Assembly: GCA_028866775.1 (NCBI GenBank)
Contig: JAGWHK010000001.1
Span: 14,007 to 46,006, forward strand
Reading direction: 5' to 3'
Length of the DNA: 32,000 nucleotides
Source of the DNA: Candidatus Micrarchaeota archaeon
GTDB taxonomy: Archaea; Micrarchaeota; Micrarchaeia; Micrarchaeales; Micrarchaeaceae
Under the pieces are notes generated by a model that worked only from the letters and a program-made list of their open reading frames with translations, made no database searches and was not told the DNA's origin. Both the position numbers and the translations under genes were made by a program. Below are positions 14,703 to 22,314 of this stretch, in pieces; within the stretch, counting starts at the first letter, position 1, and the number at the start of each line of letters is the position of its first letter.

Positions 14703-14758
14703 CTGCATTGCTCAAACCGTATTTTAGGCGGGCTTCTTCGATAACCCTCACCAATCGT

Positions 14759-14950
14759 TTATCCCCCCTCTCTGCGGGCTTGGATAAGCACCTCATCCGA
14801 ATTCAGCACTAGGCCCCTTGCCATGGCCGTATAGAATTCTTTTTCTTTGGGGTTGTTGGCGAGTTCAATCTTGGCTTCCCGCAGAGCTGCCAAGAGCACC
14901 GAGTTGGAGGATAGTTTCGGTGTTCTTGCATTTCGGCCTGAAGATTGCAT
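14759..14950 (-). CDS. Hypothetical 63-aa protein, translationally coupled to the hydrogenase large subunit
   Basis: The ATG lies 1 nt after the large-subunit stop (TAAgATG). No motif recognised; coding status uncertain. Confidence 0.35.
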   Translation of the reverse strand: MQSSGRNARTPKLSSNSVLLAALREAKIELANNPKEKEFYTAMARGLVLNSDEVLIQARREGG

Positions 14951-14951
14951 C

Positions 14952-16262
14952 TTATCTCCAGTTTACCTTGAGGAAGTGGCTGGCGCAGCTCATGCAGGGG
15001 TCATAGGCCCTGATGAGCTTCTCTATCTCGTGCTCCAGCATGTGCCTGTCCATCGAGAGGTTATTCTGCACCAGCTTTGCGGTGCTTCTCTCCATGATCA
15101 TCTGGTTCTGCTGGGTAGGTACGATTATGTTGCCATAGGTCACCTTGCCCGTTTTGTCGATTGAGACCATGTAGTACAGCGTTCCCCTGGGAGCCTCGAT
15201 CAGGCCGACACCATCACCCTCCTTTATGCAAAGCGGCTCGTGCTGCTCCTGCGTGAACTGGCTTGACTCCAGGATCTCGATGGAGTGGTCTATGCTGTGC
15301 AGTATCTCTATCGCCTGGGCCAGGTTGTTGTGGTATATGTTCTTCGAGGGGAATGCGGATAGGTACTTTGCGGCATCCTTGCGGGTGTCTACGTGGAGTG
15401 CATCCCTGTTTAGGTTCATCCTTGCGAGGGCACCCACCATGTACTCGCGACCCTCGAATTTGTAGCTAGTCGCCTCGGAATATGGCATGACTATGCGCTC
15501 CAGATAGTCCCAGTACCTGTCCTCGGAGGTGTGCAGGCCGTTCGAATCAACGATGTTGCCCCTGAAGAAGGAGTAGTCCTTCGTCGCCAAGGCCACGAAG
15601 TCTGAGTCAAGCTCAAGGCTCGCATTCCAATTGTAGAACAGCTCTATCGCCTCTATCGCGTAGTCCCTCGCGACCTTCAGCTCGGCAATCACTTTCTTTA
15701 CTGTATCTGGGTCAGGGAGGTGCGAAAACTTCCCTACCTCAGCGAATGTCGCATGCACGGCCCTGCCCGCAATCGCCTTTGAGAGCTCGTTACCCGCGCT
15801 TTTTATCGCGAACGCCTTCTTCACCAGGTCGTCATGCTCCTCCCCAAGATCGAGGACAGAGTCCTTCCCGAACAGGTCCGGAAGGCAGAACATGAAGAGA
15901 TGGAGGGCATGGTCTCTTATCATCATCCCGTACAGCGACAGCTTCCTGAGCAATAGCGTCTGATCGCTGGGCGTATAATCAAGCGCCCTCTCCACCGCCT
16001 CTGAGCAGCAGGTCAGGTGAGCTATGCTGCAGGTGCCGCATATCCTCGATGTCATCAATGGCAGGGAAAGGGCGAACTTGTTCCTTATCGCCTGGGTGTA
16101 GAACCTCTTGCTCTCTGTTATCTTGAGCTTCGCATACTCGACCTTCCCGTTCTTGACCTTTATGTCAAGCTTGCCGTGGCCTTCCACCTTCGACATGTTG
16201 TCCACGTGTATGTGCTCGACCGAATTGCCACCTGCACCCTCAACATCCTCAAACCTATGCAT
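14952..16262 (-). CDS. [NiFe]-hydrogenase large (catalytic) subunit
   Basis: N-terminal ligand pair RICGTCSIAH. C-terminal ligand pair DPCMSCASH followed by a 7-residue tail, FLKVNWR. VEGHGKLDI near the N-terminus. ATG at 16262 (the track start 16271 is GTG) overlaps the small-subunit stop by 8 nt. Confidence 0.92.
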   Translation of the reverse strand: MHRFEDVEGAGGNSVEHIHVDNMSKVEGHGKLDIKVKNGKVEYAKLKITESKRFYTQAIRNKFALSLPLMTSRICGTCSIAHLTCCSEAVERALDYTPSDQTLLLRKLSLYGMMIRDHALHLFMFCLPDLFGKDSVLDLGEEHDDLVKKAFAIKSAGNELSKAIAGRAVHATFAEVGKFSHLPDPDTVKKVIAELKVARDYAIEAIELFYNWNASLELDSDFVALATKDYSFFRGNIVDSNGLHTSEDRYWDYLERIVMPYSEATSYKFEGREYMVGALARMNLNRDALHVDTRKDAAKYLSAFPSKNIYHNNLAQAIEILHSIDHSIEILESSQFTQEQHEPLCIKEGDGVGLIEAPRGTLYYMVSIDKTGKVTYGNIIVPTQQNQMIMERSTAKLVQNNLSMDRHMLEHEIEKLIRAYDPCMSCASHFLKVNWR

Positions 16263-16749
16263 TAACAACACCGAACTCTTTGAGGTACTTGTCCAGGACC
16301 TTTAGGAAGACGTCCTCCTCCATCGGGCATCCCTGGACCTCGTCATCTATTGGTATTACCTCTTTGACCATGCGCACCTTGTCGGCCTGCTTGAACCGCT
16401 TGAGCAGGAAGGATATCTCCTCCTTGAGTTCAGGCGGGAAGGTGTTCCTTTGCGCTGCCGGCATCCCGTTTACCGCGCAGGCACCTATAGCCACCACCCT
16501 CTTTGCGTTCTTCCTTATCTGCATGAGCTTCTTCGCGTCGGCATCGTTGGTTATTGCACCCTCCACGAAGGCCACGTCCAAACCCCTCATGCTGTTTTTC
16601 TTCTTTAGGACCCTGGCATGCCTTATGTCGAGCAGGCTCTTCCACTCGAAGAACCTCTGGTTCATCATCTCTATCCAGATCATGGTGCTGTCCTCGCAGC
16701 AGGTGAAAGAGAACCAGCCCACCCTAAGCTTTTTGACCATGGTACGCAT
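16255..16749 (-). CDS. [NiFe]-hydrogenase small subunit, minimal form (proximal cluster only)
   Basis: KLRVGWFSFTCCEDS, DVAFVEGAI, AIGACAVNG, VQGCPMEE. There are exactly four Cys. ATG options are 16749 and 16740 (the track start is TTG 16788). TATA CTTTATTATT (16771-16762) favours 16740. Confidence 0.85.
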   Translation of the reverse strand: MRTMVKKLRVGWFSFTCCEDSTMIWIEMMNQRFFEWKSLLDIRHARVLKKKNSMRGLDVAFVEGAITNDADAKKLMQIRKNAKRVVAIGACAVNGMPAAQRNTFPPELKEEISFLLKRFKQADKVRMVKEVIPIDDEVQGCPMEEDVFLKVLDKYLKEFGVVNA

Positions 16750-16822
16750 TGCCCTTGAAAGAATAATAAAGCTTTCCGGGATATCCAACTAGGTATTGTG
16801 GCCTAGACGGTTATGCGTCAGG

Positions 16823-17635
16823 TCAGGCAACCAGGCGCCGCTTCTCAGTCACCGTATTCTCGGGCTTCTTTGTTGCCATCTGATTCAATCCGTTCAGGAA
16901 ACGAGGTACATCAATCTTGACGCCAATTCTGACCTCTATCTCCTTTGGAAGGAAACCGGTGCCCTCCAACCCGTTCAGGCTCTTGAGGAGTTTCTCGACC
17001 TTTTCTTTTGTTGGAGTCATATCTTGGTAAAGAGCGATAACCGCGCCGTACGCGTAGTCCTTCATTCCGCTTTCCAGTGAGGGAGTTATTGGGAGGCCGA
17101 GCTCCTTGCAGATCTGATAGGCCTGATAGGGTTTCTTGTCCTTCATTACTATATCCTGGATTAGGGAGTTCTGCCCGATGAATATGTTTATGGAGGTTAT
17201 TTGATCGTGTGTGAAGTCACCCATATGGTTGCGCACAAAGGATTCGACGCGCTTGTCACGGTACTCCTTTTCGTTCTTTAGCTCAGTTACCGAAAGCTTT
17301 GCCATCTCATAAACAGGGATCTTGAATATGTCCTCTTTTCTCAGACTGTAGATATTGTAATTATGCCGTGCGTGCGATTCGCTGTCCAGCTGCACATGCT
17401 TGGTGAGCAATACAACCTCTTGCTCTTTGTTCACTTCTGTGACAGGTTTGTTCCTGTCAGTTTGGGTCAGTCCAAAATAAGTGTAGGTAGTTCCCTGGAA
17501 GTCAGAGCGAGCACCAAAGCCATGACAGATCGTCATGTCCTCAACCGCAGAAACCAAGACGATGGCCAGCTGGCCATGTTTCAGCTTCTTCAGTTGATCG
17601 GATTCAGATTTAGTAAGTCCTGAGAGTCTGCCCAT
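16823..17635 (-). CDS. Hypothetical 270-aa protein upstream of the hydrogenase structural genes
   Basis: ATG with the TATA ATTTATATTT ~33 nt upstream. Same strand as the hydrogenase genes. No recognised domain; only 2 Cys. Confidence 0.65.
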   Translation of the reverse strand: MGRLSGLTKSESDQLKKLKHGQLAIVLVSAVEDMTICHGFGARSDFQGTTYTYFGLTQTDRNKPVTEVNKEQEVVLLTKHVQLDSESHARHNYNIYSLRKEDIFKIPVYEMAKLSVTELKNEKEYRDKRVESFVRNHMGDFTHDQITSINIFIGQNSLIQDIVMKDKKPYQAYQICKELGLPITPSLESGMKDYAYGAVIALYQDMTPTKEKVEKLLKSLNGLEGTGFLPKEIEVRIGVKIDVPRFLNGLNQMATKKPENTVTEKRRLVA

Positions 17636-17663
17636 GATATCCCCAAGACCCTTGATTAATCCA

Positions 17664-17673
17664 AATATAAATG
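17664..17673 (-). promoter_or_regulatory. TATA box for the 270-aa gene (and possibly the hydrogenase operon)
   Basis: The minus strand reads ATTTATATTT, centred ~33 nt upstream of ATG 17635. Confidence 0.4.
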
Positions 17674-17842
17674 ACTTTCTCTACCTATTGGCCGCGCCAC
17701 GGTACTCATATTCATAGCATGACCCATACCTCTCGGCCGTGGCAAGCGATTCTGGGGGAGGGGCCTTAAATAGTCTTGCTATCCGCTTGGGAACTACCTT
17801 TTCGACGTCAAAACCAAAGGGGGATTGCCTTGTGGGTAGCGG

Positions 17843-17854
17843 TTTTATATAATT
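17843..17854 (+). promoter_or_regulatory. TATA box for the HxlR-family regulator
   Basis: TTTTATATAATT is centred ~26 nt upstream of ATG 17874 (leaderless spacing). Confidence 0.45.
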
Positions 17855-17873
17855 GACGCTGCATAATATCAAC

Positions 17874-18251
17874 ATGTCCGGCAAATCAACCTCTTGTCCC
17901 ACTCTTAACCTGCTCCACATGATCGGTAAGAAGTGGACCATCCCGATTGTGGAGCTGCTTCACCCTTCAAACAAGGCGCTTCAATTCAACGAGATGCAGC
18001 ACCTCCTGGTTGACATAACGCCCAAGAACCTCAGCAGGAGCCTGAAGGAGCTCTCTGATGCCAAGATAGTGAGCAGGGTCGAGATCCGCAACGACGGGAT
18101 CAGGTATACTGAATACTCTCTCACTGAGAATGGCAAGAAGGTCGAGGGATTGGTCAGGGCCGCGAAGGAGCTTGGTATCTGCATGTATGACATGAACGCC
18201 TATTGCGTCAACCGCCAGTGCCACCTCTGCCCGTTGCTCAAGTCGACCTGA
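17874..18251 (+). CDS. HxlR-family winged-helix transcriptional regulator with a C-terminal Cys cluster
   Basis: CPTLNLLHMIGKKWTIPIVELL...FNEM...ITPKNLSRSLKELSDAKIVSR...YTEYSLTENGKK is the HxlR pattern. The C-terminus reads CMYDMNAYCVNRQCHLCP. Confidence 0.85.
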   Translation: MSGKSTSCPTLNLLHMIGKKWTIPIVELLHPSNKALQFNEMQHLLVDITPKNLSRSLKELSDAKIVSRVEIRNDGIRYTEYSLTENGKKVEGLVRAAKELGICMYDMNAYCVNRQCHLCPLLKST

Positions 18252-18346
18252 CTTCTACTGACTTTCCGCCTGCCTGTAGTGCAGCGCGACCCGGTTTTAC
18301 CGAGATACCCAACCGGATAATCCGAATACCCTTTTGGATACTTTTT

Positions 18347-18358
18347 CTTTTAAAATAG
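18347..18358 (+). promoter_or_regulatory. TATA box for nrdD
   Basis: CTTTTAAAATAG is centred ~34 nt upstream of ATG 18387. Confidence 0.4.
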
Positions 18359-18386
18359 CACCGTGAGCAGTAGTGCTGGTGTTAGT

Positions 18387-20537
18387 ATGGATGGAAAGCT
18401 AGAGGGGATAGTCAACGGGAATGGAAGCAACGGCATGGGCTTCAAGTCGATAATGAAGAGGGACGGCCGTATAGTGAGATTCGAGCTCGACAAGATAGTA
18501 AAGGCCATAGCCAAGGCTGGGGCGGCGACCAACGAGTTCGGAGACGTGGTGGCAAAGAGGCTGGCGATGAAGGCTGTTGCCCTGCTCGTGGCGACCAGCG
18601 AGAAGGAGATCCCGTCAGTGGAGGAGATACAGGATGCGGTGGAGGAGATACTCCTCTCCAGCCAGTACAGGAAGACTGCGAAGGCATACATACTCTACAG
18701 GGAGCAGCACGCCAACATAAGGAACATAGTCAACACCGCGAGCGTCGACCTTATTGGCCAATACCTGGACAAGATAGACTGGCAGGTCAACGAGAACAGT
18801 AACATGGACTACTCGCTGCAGGGGCTCAACAATTACATCTCGTCAGAGATAAGCAAGGTCTACTGGCTCAACAAGATCTATCCCAAGGAGGTGAGGGAGG
18901 CGCAGCTGAACGGCGACTTCCACATACACGACCTCAACACCCTTGCGGTATACTGCGTCGGTTGGGACCTCAACGACCTGCTGATAAGCGGGTTCAAGGG
19001 GGCCAGAGGCAAGATAGAGAGTTCCCCCGCGCGGCACTTCAGGGCTGCGCTGGGTCAAGTAGTCAACTTCTTCTATACCTTACAGGGGGAGGCGGCAGGT
19101 GCGGAGGCGTTCTCCAACTTCGACACCCTTCTTGCGCCATTCATCAAATACGACAGCCTCTCGTACGCAGAGGTTAAGCAGGCCATGCAGGAGTTCATAT
19201 ACAACATGAACGTGCCAACGAGGGTCGGATTCCAAACCCCCTTCACGAACATAACCCTGGACCTCAACGTGCCCAAGCATATGGCAGACAAGCACGTCAT
19301 AATAGGGGGGAAGTTCCAGGAGCTCACCTACAAGGATTTCCAGAAGGAGATGGACATGTTCAACAGGGCGTTCCTGGAGGTCATGCTGGAGGGAGACGCC
19401 CAGGGCAGGGTCTTCACCTTCCCGATCCCCACATACAACATAACAAAGGACTTTGATTGGGAGGACCCGAAGCTGGACCTCCTCTTCAAGGTGACCGCGA
19501 AGTACGGCATCCCATACTTCTCCAACTTCGTAAACTCTGACATGAAGCCCGAAGACACAAGATCGATGTGCTGCAGGCTCAGGCTCGACACAAGCAAACT
19601 GGAGCAGAGAGGGGGAGGCCTCTTCGGCGCCAATCCGCTGACGGGATCCCTGGGGGTCGTGACGATAAACCTGGCCAGGATAGGCTACAACAGCAAGAGC
19701 GAGCAGGAGTTCACCACGCAGCTAGACAGGATGATGATGGCCGCAAGGGAGAGCCTGGAGATAAAGAGGAAGGTCGTGGAAAGGTTCACCGAGGCGAACC
19801 TCTACCCGTATACCAAGTTCTACCTAAGGGACATGAAGCAGAGGTTCGGCGAATACTGGAAGAACCACTTCTCGACCATAGGGATAGTCGGCATGAACGA
19901 GGCGGTCAGAAACATGCTGGGAGAGACCGAGGGCACCCACAGCGAGAAGGGCAGGGCCCTGGCGATCAGGATAATGGACCACATGAGGAGCAGGCTTGTC
20001 GAGTTTCAGAAAGAGACCGGCAACAACTACAACCTCGAAGCGACACCGGCGGAGAGCACAGCCTACAGGCTGGCCCGGAAGGACAAGGAGCTCTACCAGG
20101 CGATAACCTGCGCCAACGAGGCCCAGTACAAGCAGGGCGCGGAGCCCTATTACACAAACTCTACCCACCTTCCTGTGGGCTACACGGACGATATGTTTGA
20201 GGCGCTCGACCTGCAGGACGAATACCAGACGAAGTACACCGGCGGCACCGTGCTCCACCTCTTCGTAGGGGAGAAGATAACCGACGTGAGGGGCGTAAAG
20301 AGCCTGGTGAAGAAGGTCTGCAACAATTACAGGCTGCCGTACTTCACGATAACTCCCACCTTCAGCGTCTGCCCGAGTCACGGCTACATGGCCGGGGAGC
20401 ACCAGAAGTGCCAGAAGTGCGAGAGCGAGTGCGAGGTCTACTCGAGAATAGTAGGCTACCTGAGGCCGGTGCGACAGTGGAACAAGGGCAAGAAGGCCGA
20501 GTTCTCCGACAGGAAGGCCTACAAGGCGATGCTGTGA
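18387..20537 (+). CDS. nrdD: Anaerobic ribonucleoside-triphosphate reductase (class III), with N-terminal ATP-cone
   Basis: ATP-cone IMKRDGRIVRFELDKIVKAI. C-terminal Zn-ribbon Cys CPSHG...CQKCESEC. Glycyl-radical motif SRIVGYLRPVRQWNKGKKAEF. ATG at 18387 (the track start is GTG 18363). Confidence 0.95.
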   Translation: MDGKLEGIVNGNGSNGMGFKSIMKRDGRIVRFELDKIVKAIAKAGAATNEFGDVVAKRLAMKAVALLVATSEKEIPSVEEIQDAVEEILLSSQYRKTAKAYILYREQHANIRNIVNTASVDLIGQYLDKIDWQVNENSNMDYSLQGLNNYISSEISKVYWLNKIYPKEVREAQLNGDFHIHDLNTLAVYCVGWDLNDLLISGFKGARGKIESSPARHFRAALGQVVNFFYTLQGEAAGAEAFSNFDTLLAPFIKYDSLSYAEVKQAMQEFIYNMNVPTRVGFQTPFTNITLDLNVPKHMADKHVIIGGKFQELTYKDFQKEMDMFNRAFLEVMLEGDAQGRVFTFPIPTYNITKDFDWEDPKLDLLFKVTAKYGIPYFSNFVNSDMKPEDTRSMCCRLRLDTSKLEQRGGGLFGANPLTGSLGVVTINLARIGYNSKSEQEFTTQLDRMMMAARESLEIKRKVVERFTEANLYPYTKFYLRDMKQRFGEYWKNHFSTIGIVGMNEAVRNMLGETEGTHSEKGRALAIRIMDHMRSRLVEFQKETGNNYNLEATPAESTAYRLARKDKELYQAITCANEAQYKQGAEPYYTNSTHLPVGYTDDMFEALDLQDEYQTKYTGGTVLHLFVGEKITDVRGVKSLVKKVCNNYRLPYFTITPTFSVCPSHGYMAGEHQKCQKCESECEVYSRIVGYLRPVRQWNKGKKAEFSDRKAYKAML

Positions 20538-21223
20538 TCATAGGTGGCCTCCAGAAAAGCTCTCTGATCGACTATCCGGGCAAGGTATCCGCGATAGTCT
20601 TCACGCGCGGCTGCCCCCTGAGATGCCACTTCTGCCACAATCCAGGGCTTGTGCTTCCAGAGATGTTCGGCAAGGCGACACCGGACTGGGAGGTGCTCGA
20701 GTTCTTGAAGTCAAGGGTCGGCAGACTTGACGCGGTAGTCGTTACCGGGGGGGAACCCACGATCCACAAGGATCTGCCGGACTTCCTGGCAACCATAAAA
20801 GGCATGGGATACCTGGTGAAGCTCGACACGTCAGGCGTGAACCCGGAGATGGTGAAGGTGCTGCTCGGCAACGGGCTGGTCGACTACATCGCCATGGACA
20901 TAAAGGCGCCTCTATCGAGGTACAGCGAGGTCGCAGGCGTCAAGGTCAACACAGAGGCAATAAAGAGGAGCGTAGAGATTATAAGGGAGAGCGGAGTTGA
21001 CTATGAGTTCAGGACCACAGTCGTCAAGGGCCAGCTCTCGAAGGATGACATTGTGCTGATAGCGAAATATATAGAGGGCGCCAAGAGATACTTCCTGCAG
21101 AGGTTCCGGGGAGGCGTGACCCTCGACCCTGGATTTGCCAAGAGGGGCGCATACAGCGATGCGGAGTTCGAGTCGATTAGGGATGAGTCGGCGAAGCATG
21201 TAATCGAGTGCGAGGTCAGATGA
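20534..21223 (+). CDS. nrdG: Anaerobic ribonucleotide reductase activating protein (radical SAM)
   Basis: IDYPGKVSAIVFTRGCPLRCHFCHNP (CxxxCxxC) and VVVTGGEPT. The start is inferred as GTG 20534, overlapping the nrdD stop (GTGA). The longer track ORF from 20408 would run inside nrdD. Confidence 0.9.
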   Translation: MIIGGLQKSSLIDYPGKVSAIVFTRGCPLRCHFCHNPGLVLPEMFGKATPDWEVLEFLKSRVGRLDAVVVTGGEPTIHKDLPDFLATIKGMGYLVKLDTSGVNPEMVKVLLGNGLVDYIAMDIKAPLSRYSEVAGVKVNTEAIKRSVEIIRESGVDYEFRTTVVKGQLSKDDIVLIAKYIEGAKRYFLQRFRGGVTLDPGFAKRGAYSDAEFESIRDESAKHVIECEVR

Positions 21224-22314
21224 TGGCAGAGCCTTTGAGGATGAGGATCTCCGGAAGATTATACTCGGGAGTCGTGAAGCCCATATACTTCAAGTTTGAC
21301 CCAGAGGACGTGCACAACAGGCTTGTCTCGGTGGGGAAAGTGCTTGGATCCAACCCAATAACCAGGGGGTTGACATCGATGGCCTTCGAGTACAACAATC
21401 CTGCCCTCGAGCAGCGGATATTTGGCCTCCACTTCAGGAATCCGGTAGGGCTCTCTGCCGGGTTCGACAAGAACGGGGATTCTGCCAGGATAATGAGAAG
21501 CGTGGGGTTCGGGTTCACAGAGATAGGGAGCATCACGGCAAAGCCATGCGCCGGAAATCCTGGGGTGAGGCTCAAGAGGCTGAAGGAGAAGAGGAGCATA
21601 CTTGTCCACATGGGGCTCAACAACAGGGGGGCGGGACTTCTACACGAACAGTTGATGGACAGAAAACCGGACATCCCCACGATCATAAGCGCAGCCAAGA
21701 CAAACTGCAAGGAGACCACCAATCCCGACGTGGGCCTGGAGGATTACCTGTTTACGGTAAGGACATTCAGGGACATCGCGGATGTGTTCGAGCTGAACAT
21801 AAGCTGCCCCAACGCCTTCGGCGGGCAGGACTTTGCAGATCCGAGGCTGTTCGAGAGGCTTGCGAAGGGCGTGAATGGGCTGAGGCTGAGACAACCGGTA
21901 ATCGTGAAGCTCTCACCCGACCTTACAAAGAGAAACGTAGACAGGATAATCGAGATCTCGGCGAGGCACGGGATTTCAGGGTTCGTCTGCACGAACCTCA
22001 CAAAAAGGCACGATGAGGGGGAGGGCGGGCTCTCTGGCAAGGCAGTGGAGGGAAGGGCCAACGACCTTCTTTCCCACGTTTATAAGAGGAACCTTGAGTA
22101 CAGGAAGAGATTCGTGCTGATAGGGGTGGGCGGAATATTCTCTGCGGAGGACGCATACGGAAAGATAAAGCTCGGCGCCAATCTTGTGGAGCTGATAACG
22201 GGGATGATATACCAGGGGCCACAGCTGATAGGGGAGATAAACTACGGCCTCGCAGAGCTTCTCGAAAGGGATGGCTACTCTAACATAGGCGAGGCAGTTG
22301 GCACAGCTAGATGA
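21220..22314 (+). CDS. pyrD: Dihydroorotate dehydrogenase, class-2-like scaffold
   Basis: FDPEDVHNRLV, GLHFRNPVGLSAGFDKNGD, GFGFTEIGSITAKPCAGNPGVRLKRL, GLNNRGAG, LNISCPN, GGLSGKA, IGVGGIFSAEDAYGKIKLGANLVEL. ATG 21220 overlaps the nrdG stop (ATGA). Confidence 0.9.
   Translation: MMAEPLRMRISGRLYSGVVKPIYFKFDPEDVHNRLVSVGKVLGSNPITRGLTSMAFEYNNPALEQRIFGLHFRNPVGLSAGFDKNGDSARIMRSVGFGFTEIGSITAKPCAGNPGVRLKRLKEKRSILVHMGLNNRGAGLLHEQLMDRKPDIPTIISAAKTNCKETTNPDVGLEDYLFTVRTFRDIADVFELNISCPNAFGGQDFADPRLFERLAKGVNGLRLRQPVIVKLSPDLTKRNVDRIIEISARHGISGFVCTNLTKRHDEGEGGLSGKAVEGRANDLLSHVYKRNLEYRKRFVLIGVGGIFSAEDAYGKIKLGANLVELITGMIYQGPQLIGEINYGLAELLERDGYSNIGEAVGTAR

Noticed and set aside
14818-15164. Plus-strand ORFs 14818-15006 and 14847-15164
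   Set aside because: They are antisense to the hydrogenase large-subunit 3' end and to the coupled 63-aa ORF. The sequence is shadow-like.
17681-17941. 86-aa minus-strand ORF in the hydrogenase/hxlR spacer
   Set aside because: It overlaps the hxlR start and its TATA box. It has no promoter of its own at the right distance and no motif.
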